Both the position numbers and the translations under genes were made by a program. Below the pieces are notes generated by a model. The model was given only the letters and a program-made list of their open reading frames with translations, was not told where the DNA came from and ran no database searches. Shown one piece after another: positions 31,231 to 41,020 of a stretch of 64,000 bases of DNA. The stretch comes from Kiritimatiellia bacterium. Lineage in GTDB: Bacteria > Verrucomicrobiota > Kiritimatiellia > JAAZAB01. Numbering within the stretch: position 1 is the first letter of the stretch; every line of letters begins with the position of its first letter. The stretch is taken from the NCBI GenBank assembly GCA_050944835.1, contig JBMNRV010000004.1:12695-76694 (forward strand). Direction: 5' to 3'.

Positions 31231-31908
31231 CTATAAACGCATCAATGCGGCAGCCAAAACCAAGTCGTCTGGAGTAGTGATCTTGATATTAGAAGAACTG
31301 GATGGCACAATCCGCACCGTTTTGGATATCAATTCCACCGCTGAAGCCTCATCGGTTATCTTCACACGTTTTTTATTCACCTGCTCAAACGCCTTCATCA
31401 GTAAATCACGCTTAAATGACTGGGGCGTCTGCACTCGCCAGAGCTTTGTCCGGTCAATCGTCTTAGCGACAATCATCCCGCGCGGCACTTCTTTGACAGT
31501 ATCCGTAATTTTAACCGCCGCCACGCCGGAGCCATGTTGCCGTGCCGACTTGATCGTATCGGAAATCAGGGCCGGCGTCACACAGGGGCGCGCGCCATCA
31601 TGCACCGATACGATATTCACTTCCGGCCCCAGCTCCACCAAACCGTTCCAAACGGAAGTCTGGCGCTGAGCGCCACCGGCTACAATTTTTTTAACCTTCG
31701 TACAACCAAACATTTGCACAGCACATCGCGCCGATTCCACCCGCTCTTTGCGGACAACCAGAATGATTTCCTCAATATCACGACATTTCTCGAAAGCCGT
31801 CACAGCATGCACAAACACCGGCTTGGAACCAAGACTCAAAAATGCCTTGTCCACGTTCGGGCCCATGCGCTCGCTGCGTCCACCGGCAACTATGATTGCA
31901 CAATTCAT
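31231..31908 (-). CDS. ispD: 2-C-methyl-D-erythritol 4-phosphate cytidylyltransferase
   Basis: IIVAGGRSERMG...DKAFL is the IspD N-terminal signature, and the 225-aa length fits. Confidence 0.85.
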   Translation of the reverse strand: MNCAIIVAGGRSERMGPNVDKAFLSLGSKPVFVHAVTAFEKCRDIEEIILVVRKERVESARCAVQMFGCTKVKKIVAGGAQRQTSVWNGLVELGPEVNIVSVHDGARPCVTPALISDTIKSARQHGSGVAAVKITDTVKEVPRGMIVAKTIDRTKLWRVQTPQSFKRDLLMKAFEQVNKKRVKITDEASAVELISKTVRIVPSSSSNIKITTPDDLVLAAALMRL

Positions 31909-32045
31909 TTTATTATCACATAAAAGCCGACATTACCCACCCAATGAAGGCTGAAGTTACCTGATTTCGGCAATAAAGTCAAATAATGTTTGCTATTATT
32001 TCAAAACCGTGTAAAAAGTTGCCACTTAACTTATTAAGCTTAAAA

Positions 32046-32154
32046 CGGCATTTAAAATTCAGAAAATGATATAAAATGTTGAGAATAAGTATATTAAGAC
32101 TGAAATATACTGCAATCATTGGGTGTAAGAAAAATTCCTGAATTTTAAATGCCG
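32046..32154. repeat. Perfect 17-bp inverted repeat (cggcatttaaaattcag ... ctgaattttaaatgccg) bracketing a 75-bp AT-rich segment in the ispD/trmH divergent intergenic region; MITE-like or operator stem
   Basis: Arms lie at 32046-32062 and 32138-32154 and are exact reverse complements. The local GC content is far below that of the surrounding window. Confidence 0.6.
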
Positions 32155-33018
32155 GATATAAGATTAAGCTTTACCCTGTTGCGTAAAAAAGCAAAAATGA
32201 GCGGCGATTTCTTAATTACCAGCCTGCAAAACCAACGTATCAAACAAGCAGTTAAGCTGCGTCAGCACACTTACCGCGACCGAACGGACCTGATGCTGGT
32301 CGAAGGGTATCGAGAAATCCGGCGCGCACTGGATAATCATTACCGTCTATCCTCTTTATTCGTCTGTCCCGGTTTTTATCTCGGTAAAAATGAGCCGGGA
32401 CTCGTTGAACAATGTCGGGCGAGCGGCACGGAAATCATTGTCTGCACCAAGCCGGTGTTTGAAAAAATCGCATACCGTGAGCGCCCGGAAGGGTTGTTGG
32501 GGGTTATGCCACGCATGCGGACTACCCTGGACCAGCTCCGCTTGCGGCCACAGCCCCTGCTCGTGGTAGCGGAAGCCATAGAAAAACCCGGCAATCTGGG
32601 GACTATGCTACGTTCAGCCGATGCCGCCGGCGCGGATGCCGTGATCGTGTGCGACCCGCGAACGGATATTTACAACCCCAATGTCGTGCGGGCCAGTATC
32701 GGCACAATATTTTCCGTGCCGGTGGTGACGGAAACTTTTGAAACAGTCCATGCCTGGCTGCGCCGACACCGTATTCTGACCCTGGCGGCCACACCGCATG
32801 CCCAGCAGACCTATACCAAGCCGGATCTGACGGTCGGCGTAGCGATCGTGTTAGGGACGGAACAACTCGGCCTCAGCGAACGATGGATGACTGCCGCGGA
32901 TTTGCAAGTGCGAATTCCCATGCACGGCCAGGCCGACTCGCTCAATGTGGCCGCGGCAGCCACCATCCTGCTGTTCGAAGTACGCCGCCAACGAGATGCA
33001 GCCGCAGCCAAGCGTTAA
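32149..33018 (+). CDS. SpoU/TrmH-family RNA 2'-O-methyltransferase
   Basis: LVVAEAIEKPGNLGTMLRSADAAGADAVIV and GTEQLGLS motifs. The start is uncertain (alternative ATG at 32197), and the first ATG lies inside the right arm of the inverted repeat. Confidence 0.75.
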   Translation: MPDIRLSFTLLRKKAKMSGDFLITSLQNQRIKQAVKLRQHTYRDRTDLMLVEGYREIRRALDNHYRLSSLFVCPGFYLGKNEPGLVEQCRASGTEIIVCTKPVFEKIAYRERPEGLLGVMPRMRTTLDQLRLRPQPLLVVAEAIEKPGNLGTMLRSADAAGADAVIVCDPRTDIYNPNVVRASIGTIFSVPVVTETFETVHAWLRRHRILTLAATPHAQQTYTKPDLTVGVAIVLGTEQLGLSERWMTAADLQVRIPMHGQADSLNVAAAATILLFEVRRQRDAAAAKR

Positions 33019-33021
33019 TAA

Positions 33022-33561
33022 TCAATTGCCGGCTGACGGCGTATTAGTTGCTGCGTCAGCAACTGCGTTCGTATCCACAGCGGGTACACTGTTGCTCTCC
33101 GCCACGGCATTCGTATCCACAGAGGTTACCGCTGCGGCATTTGTATCCACGGTGGCGCTCGCCGCTGCAGCATTCGTGGCGGCGGCGGCTTCGGCCTCTT
33201 TTTTGGCTTTGGCTTCCGCCTCTTTTTTAGCTTTGGCTTCGGCAGCCTTCTTTTCGCGGGCAGCCTTAGCGGCAGCCGCTTTGGCTTCGGCTTCCGCTTT
33301 TCGCTTCAGCTCCGCCAACATGGGCAGCTCGAAACGATTACGGGTGCCCGGTGATAGGTATTTCCATGGATAAGTCACACTGCCGCGCGAAGTTTGCATA
33401 ACTAACCCTTCCGGCAGGGCCTGTTCCACCGTGCCCTCCAACACTTTACCGTTGGCCATACGTGGTGGAGCATCTGGAAGCGAGGTAATGGCTTCATCGG
33501 CCCATAGCGCCACGTTGAAAATAAAAGCCAGCGCTAAACTAATACAAATACGTATATTCAT
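33022..33561 (-). CDS. Secreted low-complexity Ala/Lys/Glu-rich protein with VDTNA-type repeats
   Basis: Signal peptide. KAEAEAKAAAAKAAREKKAAEAKAKKEAEAKAKKEAEAAAA tract. Imperfect 24-bp DNA repeats (gcctcttttttRgctttggcttcS). Confidence 0.5.
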   Translation of the reverse strand: MNIRICISLALAFIFNVALWADEAITSLPDAPPRMANGKVLEGTVEQALPEGLVMQTSRGSVTYPWKYLSPGTRNRFELPMLAELKRKAEAEAKAAAAKAAREKKAAEAKAKKEAEAKAKKEAEAAAATNAAAASATVDTNAAAVTSVDTNAVAESNSVPAVDTNAVADAATNTPSAGN

Positions 33562-34853
33562 CCTAATGTCTCCCGTTGTTCGATTGGCACATAATGCCTT
33601 TCTTCAGCGCCAATATAAACCTGACGCGGCCGCGCAATTTTGAAACTTTCGCCATGCACCATTTCATTCCAATGCGCCAGCCACCCCGGCACCCGCCCAA
33701 TGGCAAATAAAACCGTAAACATGTTATTAGGAATGCCCACGGCCTTCAAGATCAAGCCGGAATAAAAGTCCACGTTGGGATATAGATTGCGCTCCAGGAA
33801 ATAAGGGTCGGAAAGGGCGGCATCTTCCAAGTGTAATGCAATATCGAACAAGGGACTGGTATTACCGGATTTACGCAAGAGTTTGTGGCAAGCCTCTTTA
33901 AGAATTTTTGCGCGCGGATCAAAACTTTTATAAACGCGATGTCCGAACCCCACTAAGGGTGTTTTGTTTTTACGCCGTTTGGCCTGTTCGATGAATTTGC
34001 GTCCATCGCCGCCGGATGCCAGTATCTGTTCGAGCATATTGATGACTTCCTGATTAGCGCCACCGTGGCGCGGCCCCCACAAGGCTGAAATGCCGGCGGA
34101 AATCACGGAATAGATATTCGCCATGCTGGAACCTGCCAAGCGCACGGTCGAGGTGCTGCAATTCTGCTCATGGTCGGCGTGCAGGATCAAAAACAACTCC
34201 ACCGCGCGTACAATATCTTCGTCCTGTTGGTAATTGCGCACCGGCGAGGAATACATCATGTTCAGAAAGTTCTGAACATACTTCAGTTTAATGGAAGGAT
34301 ATACAACCGGCTCGCCGATGGACTTTTTATACGAAAACGCCGCAATCGTCCGTACCTGAGAAATCAAGTTAGCCATAAACTGTTCTTCGGCATCATGGTC
34401 CAGTACATCGGGCAAGGGATAAAACGTTGACAGCGAAGCCACCATGGTTGAAAGAATGCCCATAGGATGGGCGTGATTAGGGAATGCCAGGAAGAAGTGG
34501 CGCATGTCTTCGTGGATCAGCGACGACACATTCAGACGTTCTGAAAAACGTGCCAGTTCTGCCGTCGTCGGCAATTTGCCTTTAATCAACAAATATGCCG
34601 TTTCAACAAAGGTTGAATTAGCGGCCAATTCCTCAATCGGGTATCCGCGATATCGCAAAATACCCTTTTCGCCATCAAGGTAAGTAATGGCGCTTCGGCA
34701 GCTGCCGGTATTGGCCAGAGCGGGATCAATGGTAATCAAACCGGTTTGTTCGCGCAAGTTGGAAACATTAATAGCTCGCTCGCCTGTAACCGCCTGCATC
34801 AGCGGCAGCCGGAACTCCTTCCCATCCAGAACCAGTTTGACTGAATCTTCCAT
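33558..34853 (-). CDS. gltA: Citrate synthase
   Basis: Hallmarks of dimeric type II citrate synthase (GYPIEELA...; HADHEQNCSTSTVRLAGSS; GFGHRVYK). The start is set at the ATG (MEDSVK); the listed ORF begins at an upstream TTG. Confidence 0.9.
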   Translation of the reverse strand: MEDSVKLVLDGKEFRLPLMQAVTGERAINVSNLREQTGLITIDPALANTGSCRSAITYLDGEKGILRYRGYPIEELAANSTFVETAYLLIKGKLPTTAELARFSERLNVSSLIHEDMRHFFLAFPNHAHPMGILSTMVASLSTFYPLPDVLDHDAEEQFMANLISQVRTIAAFSYKKSIGEPVVYPSIKLKYVQNFLNMMYSSPVRNYQQDEDIVRAVELFLILHADHEQNCSTSTVRLAGSSMANIYSVISAGISALWGPRHGGANQEVINMLEQILASGGDGRKFIEQAKRRKNKTPLVGFGHRVYKSFDPRAKILKEACHKLLRKSGNTSPLFDIALHLEDAALSDPYFLERNLYPNVDFYSGLILKAVGIPNNMFTVLFAIGRVPGWLAHWNEMVHGESFKIARPRQVYIGAEERHYVPIEQRETLG

Positions 34854-35010
34854 AAACGCCCCCAAATATGCTGAAAAGTTAGTTTATTAGATGTTTGTGT
34901 AACAGATGTCAAGATTGAAAATGCCGTTTTAGCGCTTGACATTCCCAGCAGCATAACGCATCATTCGCCCATTTAACAACCATTGTCAGTAAATATTGTC
35001 AGGAGACACC

Positions 35011-35238
35011 ATGTCACGGGTTTGTGAAATCTGCCAAAAGGGATCATTGACCGGCAATCGTATAATTCGCCGCGGCTTGCCCAAAGCTAAGGGCGGTATC
35101 GGCTTGCATACCACTGGGGTCACCCGCCGAAAATTTCTTCCGAATCTCCAAAAAATCCGCACGCTGGAAAATGGCGGGGTTAAGGTGCGCAAGGTATGCG
35201 CCACTTGTATTAAATCGGGCAAGGTCAATAAAGCTTAA
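35011..35238 (+). CDS. rpmB: 50S ribosomal protein L28
   Basis: MSRVCEICQKGSLTGNRI...KVRKVCATCIKSGKV. AGGAGA RBS 5 nt upstream of the ATG at 35011. Confidence 0.9.
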   Translation: MSRVCEICQKGSLTGNRIIRRGLPKAKGGIGLHTTGVTRRKFLPNLQKIRTLENGGVKVRKVCATCIKSGKVNKA

Positions 35239-35344
35239 TCGTCTGCCGACGAACGCATAAGACGTGTTATATTTATCAAACTTAGTGTAAGTTGCCGACC
35301 GAATCGCAGGGCAAGTCGGATAACTACCAAAGGAGGGAAGAGGC

Positions 35345-35932
35345 ATGAACATCGGTTTGATTGCTCTTATTGTCGTTGTCGTCTTGATTTTGTTCGTAGC
35401 CAGTATTTACAACAAACTGGTTGCCCTGCGCAACCGGTTCAAAAACGCATTTTCCCAGATTGACGTGCAACTCAAGCGGCGCTATGACCTGATTCCAAAT
35501 CTGGTGGAAACTGCCAAGAAATACATGCAACACGAACGGGAAACGCTGGAAGCCGTAATCCATGCCCGCAATCAGGCAGCTTCTGCTCAGCAGGCCGCCG
35601 CCGCCGCACCGGGCAACCCCGCGGCTATGCAAGGCTTACGCGGCGCCGAGGCCGCGCTATCTGGCAGCGTTGGAAGGTTTTTCGCATTGATGGAAAATTA
35701 TCCCGACCTGAAAGCCAACCAGAACATGTCACAATTGATGGAAGAGTTGACCTCTACGGAAAACAAAATCGCTTTCGCCCGTCAGGCTTACAACGACGCC
35801 GTCATGTCCTACAACACAGCGCGCGAGACATTTCCAAATGTGCTGTTTACCGGCATGTTCGGTTTCAGCGAAGCCGCCCTCTTCGAAATCACCGATGCCG
35901 TCGAACGGGAAGCGCAAAAAGTAAAATTTTAG
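35345..35932 (+). CDS. LemA family protein
   Basis: N-terminal TM followed by LVALRNRFKNAFSQIDVQLKRRYDLIPNLVETAK, a LemA hallmark. AAAGGAGG RBS. Confidence 0.85.
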   Translation: MNIGLIALIVVVVLILFVASIYNKLVALRNRFKNAFSQIDVQLKRRYDLIPNLVETAKKYMQHERETLEAVIHARNQAASAQQAAAAAPGNPAAMQGLRGAEAALSGSVGRFFALMENYPDLKANQNMSQLMEELTSTENKIAFARQAYNDAVMSYNTARETFPNVLFTGMFGFSEAALFEITDAVEREAQKVKF

Positions 35933-36054
35933 TCCTCATAAACGGCATTTGAACATGTTCCTGCGCCCTGAAACGAACGCAGAAGAATGTTTAAGAGGAC
36001 AACGCTAGTCACAACTTGTTAGTTGTTATATCCCCTGTTACGGGTTCAGGCCTT

Positions 36055-38052
36055 ATGGATTTTTTTGAACATCAGGCGCGCGCCCGCCGCAACACCGGCC
36101 GATTGATTTTCTTTTACTGTCTGGCTGTGGTGTTGATCATAATCGCAGTTTACCTCGCCTGCGCCTTCACGTTTGGCATGTTGACTTCCTCTGACGAAGA
36201 AAGAGCCGACGGCGCAGGCCGCTCAACATCGCTATGGCATCCTGAATTGTTTACCCTTACTACTATCGGCACATTGTTGATTGTTCTGGGTGGCTCCACT
36301 TACAAAGTCATGCGTTTATCAGGCGGTGGCAGTTCGGTGGCGGCTATGCTTGGTGGACGCATGATTAACCGCAATACCACCAATCCAGACGAACGTAAAG
36401 TGCTGAACGTCGTCGAGGAAATGGCGATTGCCGCCGGCATCCCCGTGCCGCCGGTGTTTTTGCTCGCCAATGAATCAGGCATCAATGCCTTTGCCGCCGG
36501 ATTTGCGCCAACGGACGCAGTAATCGGCATCACCCGCGGCGCAATAAAGCAACTTTCCCGCGATGAATTGCAGGGCGTGATTGCCCATGAGTTCAGCCAC
36601 ATCTTCAACGGCGATATGCGCCTCAACATAAGGTTGATGGGAATCTTGCATGGCATCCTGCTGATCGGGATGCTTGGGTACTGGTTGCTGCGCAGCTCCT
36701 TCTACACCGATAACCATCGCTCTTCAAAGAAAGACAAAGACAAGTCGGGCGCGCAAACGGCCATATTGGGACTGGCGCTGTTTGTGATTGGATACATCGG
36801 TGTGTTCTTCGCCAAACTGATAAAAAGCGCCGTCTCGCGTCAACGCGAATTTCTGGCTGACGCCGCCGCAGTGCAGTTCACCCGCAATCCGGCCGGCATC
36901 GCCGGCGCATTAAAAAAAATCGGCGCCGCATCCGCCGGATCAAATATCAAGAACGATCACGCCGAAGAAGCCAGCCACCTTTTCTTCGCCAATGGTTTGG
37001 CTTCCGCTTGGTTTTCACTGATGGCAACCCACCCCCCACTGACAGAGCGCATCCGGCGGATTGATCCGTCCTTCACCGGCAAATTTTCCAAAATGGCCGA
37101 AACACCACCGCCCAAGTCAGGTCTGGACTCGCCAGTGACAGCTCGCCCTGCCCCAGAATTGGCATATGCGGCTATGGCGTCAAATACTGACACCCGCACC
37201 GTGTATGTCACTGCCCAGGATGTGGTGGCAACCGTGGGCGCGCCGCAACCGGCGCATTTACTATACTCGCAAAACCTTTTGGCAGCATTGCCCAGCGCAC
37301 TCCAAACCGCCGCGTATGAGCCAACCGGCGCATGCGCTCTCATCTATAACTTGCTAATGAGCAACGAAGGCGAAACTCGCACCCGTCAACAGCAAATCCT
37401 GAATAAATCCACCGACTCGGCGGTATGCCAGGCCGCAGCGGAACTGGCCGGCCCGGTTCGGGAGTTACCGGAGGAATTGCGCCTGCCGCTGGCCGATCTG
37501 GCCATTGCCACGCTCAAGGAACTGACACCGTCGCAATACAAGAATTTCCATAACAACGTCGAAAAACTGATTCTGGCCGACGAGCAAGTGGAACTGTTCG
37601 AATACGCATTATACCGTATGCTGCAGCGACATCTGGCGCCGTTTTTCACACAAACCCGACCGCCGGCCATTAGGTATTACAGTTTGAAGCCGCTACTGTC
37701 CCCATGCATTGACTTGCTTTCCTGCTTGGCATATTGGGGCGACGAAACCGGCGATGATGCCCATAAAAATTTTGAAGCAGGCTTGGCACGACTGGTTGCA
37801 ACTGGGGAATTCTCGGCAATCACCCCTACTATGCGTGACAGGGAAGATTGCGGAGTTAAGGTTCTGGATAAGGCTTTACAGCCATTAGCTCAGGCTGAAC
37901 CAGCTTTGAAAAAACGAATCATGGATGCCTGCGTGGCTTGTGTTGCCGCCAATGGCGCCGTGAATGCCGCTGAAGCTCAACTGTTGCGCGCCATCGGCGA
38001 CTCTCTGGATTGCCCTATACCACCGCTCATGGCCAAGGCTGTCCTAAACTAA
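36055..38052 (+). CDS. M48-family zinc metalloprotease (HtpX-like) with long C-terminal extension (TerB-like helical region)
   Basis: HEFSHIFNGD (HExxH), TM segments, and a classic LemA-M48 pairing. Start at ATG 36055 (the listed ORF starts at TTG 36016). Confidence 0.75.
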   Translation: MDFFEHQARARRNTGRLIFFYCLAVVLIIIAVYLACAFTFGMLTSSDEERADGAGRSTSLWHPELFTLTTIGTLLIVLGGSTYKVMRLSGGGSSVAAMLGGRMINRNTTNPDERKVLNVVEEMAIAAGIPVPPVFLLANESGINAFAAGFAPTDAVIGITRGAIKQLSRDELQGVIAHEFSHIFNGDMRLNIRLMGILHGILLIGMLGYWLLRSSFYTDNHRSSKKDKDKSGAQTAILGLALFVIGYIGVFFAKLIKSAVSRQREFLADAAAVQFTRNPAGIAGALKKIGAASAGSNIKNDHAEEASHLFFANGLASAWFSLMATHPPLTERIRRIDPSFTGKFSKMAETPPPKSGLDSPVTARPAPELAYAAMASNTDTRTVYVTAQDVVATVGAPQPAHLLYSQNLLAALPSALQTAAYEPTGACALIYNLLMSNEGETRTRQQQILNKSTDSAVCQAAAELAGPVRELPEELRLPLADLAIATLKELTPSQYKNFHNNVEKLILADEQVELFEYALYRMLQRHLAPFFTQTRPPAIRYYSLKPLLSPCIDLLSCLAYWGDETGDDAHKNFEAGLARLVATGEFSAITPTMRDREDCGVKVLDKALQPLAQAEPALKKRIMDACVACVAANGAVNAAEAQLLRAIGDSLDCPIPPLMAKAVLN

Positions 38053-38241
38053 AGTCCCCTACCCCCACCTCCACCGCCAAATGCCGTCGCCCGGCAAGGA
38101 AATAAACATTGATCTCAATCCCTGGAAGCTATAAGCTGTTCAAAAACTGAATGCTATAAACAGCCATGCAAAAACGATCATTCTTTTTGCACGTCTGATG
38201 ATCCTCGTCCGGGAAACAGATATTTATCGAGAGGAGCGCGT

Positions 38242-39570
38242 ATGCGCCAGCAAGCCATCAAATGGCTCAACAATGAATTACCGCAATTAGTTGCACAGCA
38301 GGTACTGACGCCTGAAGCGGCAGAGCGTTTGCGGGCGCATTACGGGCTGCCCGCGCCAGCGCGCCCTGCCCGGCTGGGCGTGGTCATCTTCGCTATCCTC
38401 GGCACGCTGCTGATCGGCGCAGGCGCCATTCTCCTGCTAGCCCATAATTGGGATGCAATATCACGGCCAATGCGCACTGTCCTATCATTCCTGCCACTCA
38501 TCGCCGCGCAGGCGCTGGCGGCATGGGTCATACTCCGCCGGCCGCAGAGTCTGGCCTGGCGCGAAGGCGCCGGCGCCCTGCTCTTCCTGATGATCGGCGC
38601 AAGCATCGCCCTGATTGCCCAAACCTACAACATCTCCGGCGACACACCGCGATTCATCCTGACGTGGTCGCTGCTGGGCTTGCCAGTAGCCTATTTGCTT
38701 AACGCACTGATCCCGGCACTGCTCTATCTCTGGGGTATCACCGCTTGGGCTGGTTGCGTCCATGACACACCAAGCGCGGTCTTTGGCTACTGCCTGCTGG
38801 CTGCGCTGTTAATACCGCTGTTCGCGGTCTGGCTGCGTAAGGACCGTTACGCGGCCCGCCCAACAATTTTGCTCTGGGTGTTCTGCATCAGCGCCACAAT
38901 CGCCTGCATGGCAACCATGCCGTATGTTTTGCCCGAGATTTGGCTCTCCATTATTCACACCAGCTTGTTTGCGCTGATGTTCCTCGCCGGCGAATTCTGG
39001 TTCAACGACGTCGGCGGATTTTGGTCACGCCCGCTCCGCCACTTCGGCGCCGCCGGCATCCTGATCACATCATTCCTGCTCACCTTCAACTGGCCGTGGT
39101 CTGACATTGCTCGTTGGAATCAAATCCAATGGGAACGTTTACAGGCAGCCAGTAGCCATATACTGTCCAATGCTATACTGCTGGGCTTGTTGTTGCTGGC
39201 CACTCTATGCCTGCTGGTCACCAAGCCCCGGCGCAAGACGATTTCTGGTCTGCTGATGGGCTTGGCGCCGCTTCTGGCCATCGGCGGTTATTGCCTCCAT
39301 GTTCTCTCCAGCGCTTGTGCGTGGGGGGTAATCATATTTAACATCTACCTCCTCGCCATCGGCTTCTGGCTTCTGGTCACCGGCATCATGCGCAACCGGC
39401 AAGGCCGGATGAATGCAGGTTTGGTGACCGTGGGCGCGCTGATCGTCGCGCGCTTCTTTGACAGCGACTTGAGTTTCTTGCTGCGCGGTCTGATTTTCAT
39501 CGGGCTGGGCATTGCGCTCTTGGCAGCCAATCTGATCATCCTGCGCCGGAAAGGAGCGCCCCATGCATAA
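38242..39570 (+). CDS. DUF2157-type polytopic membrane protein
   Basis: Soluble N-terminus followed by ~10 TM helices. The GAGGAG RBS and the overlap with the downstream GDYXXLXY-type gene match the known DUF2157/GDYXXLXY pairing. Confidence 0.55.
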   Translation: MRQQAIKWLNNELPQLVAQQVLTPEAAERLRAHYGLPAPARPARLGVVIFAILGTLLIGAGAILLLAHNWDAISRPMRTVLSFLPLIAAQALAAWVILRRPQSLAWREGAGALLFLMIGASIALIAQTYNISGDTPRFILTWSLLGLPVAYLLNALIPALLYLWGITAWAGCVHDTPSAVFGYCLLAALLIPLFAVWLRKDRYAARPTILLWVFCISATIACMATMPYVLPEIWLSIIHTSLFALMFLAGEFWFNDVGGFWSRPLRHFGAAGILITSFLLTFNWPWSDIARWNQIQWERLQAASSHILSNAILLGLLLLATLCLLVTKPRRKTISGLLMGLAPLLAIGGYCLHVLSSACAWGVIIFNIYLLAIGFWLLVTGIMRNRQGRMNAGLVTVGALIVARFFDSDLSFLLRGLIFIGLGIALLAANLIILRRKGAPHA

Positions 39571-40138
39571 GCGCTATCTACTACTGGGCTTGGCCGTGAC
39601 CGTAGCGGTGCAACTTGCCGTGCCAGCCTTGATGATCGTCGGACATGAACGGGCCTTGCGGGAAGGCCAAGTGTTCAAATTCAAAACGCGCCCGGTAGAT
39701 CCCGCTGATGCCTTCCGCGGCCGTTATGTCTGGGTAAGCCTGGAGCCGGATATCGTCGAGCTGACCGATCCGGAACAATGGAATCCCAGCCGAAAAGTTT
39801 TCGCCGTTCTTGAAACCGACCCCGATGGCTTTGCGCTTGTGAAGCGGCTTGAGCGTTGCCAGCCAAAAGATGAACCATCCGTGCAGGTGCGAATGTTATG
39901 GCACGATCTTGATTCCGAGCAACAGAAAGTGCGCATCCAATGGCCAGGGCTGGAGCGTTACTATATGCCTGAAGATCAGGCGCCGGCCGCCGAAGCCGCC
40001 TACTTAAAAGCTAACCAATCCACTAACCATGCCTGCTATGTCACCGTCCGCGTCCGCGGCAAGCAAGCCCTCATTGAAAACCTGTTCATTGAGGATCAAC
40101 CAGTTCAGGACTGGTTGCGCAAGCAACCAAAACCATAA
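39563..40138 (+). CDS. GDYXXLXY-domain protein (variant motif GRYVWVSL)
   Basis: N-terminal TM. 'VDPADAFRGRYVWVSLEP' resembles the DPRDLFRGDYVxL core of the family. Confidence 0.5.
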   Translation: MHKRYLLLGLAVTVAVQLAVPALMIVGHERALREGQVFKFKTRPVDPADAFRGRYVWVSLEPDIVELTDPEQWNPSRKVFAVLETDPDGFALVKRLERCQPKDEPSVQVRMLWHDLDSEQQKVRIQWPGLERYYMPEDQAPAAEAAYLKANQSTNHACYVTVRVRGKQALIENLFIEDQPVQDWLRKQPKP

Positions 40139-40161
40139 AAAACTTATATAGGATCATACCA

Positions 40162-40923
40162 ATGGACAAAACTTATACACGGGTTGCAATCATCACTGGC
40201 GCCACTTCCGGGATTGGAGAAGCCACAGCGCGGAAATTCGTTGCCGCCGGGTTCGGCGTAGTCGGCAATGGCCGTAATGCGGATAAACTATCCGCAATGG
40301 AAAAAGAATTGGGCAACCTGTTCGTGGGCGTCGCGGGCGATGCCTCCGATGAAGCAGTCATCAACAAACTTTTCACCACTGCCACTGAACGCTTCGGCCG
40401 CACAGCGGATATAGTAATCGCCAATGCCGGACGCGGATTGGGCGGCTCGGTGCAAAGCGCCGACTTATCACAATTTGAGGCTCGCCTCAGATTGAATGTG
40501 GCCGCCGCCCTGAAACTCATGCAGCAGGCAGCGCATGAAATGGTTGCGCGTCAGGCGCATCATTTCCCGCAAGCGGCCGCCGATATAGTGGTAATCGGTT
40601 CTGTGGTGGGACGCAACGTCTCACCTTACAGCGCGGTTTATGGCGCTACCAAGTTCGCCGTGCATTCCCTGGCTGAAGGGCTGCGCCGGGAGATCGGCCC
40701 TAAGGGCGTACGCGTTTCATTAGTTGAGCCGGGAACTCTCCTCAGCGGATTTCAGGCCGCGGCTGGCTACTCCGAGGAAATGTGCCAGGGATTTCATGAT
40801 AAATTCGGGCCACTGCTCATTGGCAAAGACGTGGCCGAAGCCATTTATTATATCGTTACCCAACCACCGCATGTCAACATCAGCGATATAGTAGTACGAC
40901 CGACACGCCAGGATTATCCCTGA
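40162..40923 (+). CDS. Short-chain dehydrogenase/reductase (SDR)
   Basis: TGATSGIGEATARKF Rossmann motif and a YGATK catalytic Tyr-Lys. Confidence 0.85.
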   Translation: MDKTYTRVAIITGATSGIGEATARKFVAAGFGVVGNGRNADKLSAMEKELGNLFVGVAGDASDEAVINKLFTTATERFGRTADIVIANAGRGLGGSVQSADLSQFEARLRLNVAAALKLMQQAAHEMVARQAHHFPQAAADIVVIGSVVGRNVSPYSAVYGATKFAVHSLAEGLRREIGPKGVRVSLVEPGTLLSGFQAAAGYSEEMCQGFHDKFGPLLIGKDVAEAIYYIVTQPPHVNISDIVVRPTRQDYP

Positions 40924-41020
40924 TTTGAACTGTTAAAGGGAGGAAAGATTAAACCGCCAAGAACTCCAAGGTGGCGGGAGGAGATTAGCCAAAAATGCAC
41001 ACTATGGGACAACACTGATT

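Noticed and set aside
34936-34964. TTGACA -35-like hexamer upstream of rpmB
   Set aside because: No convincing -10 element at the proper spacing (best is CATCAT), so it is not reported as a promoter.
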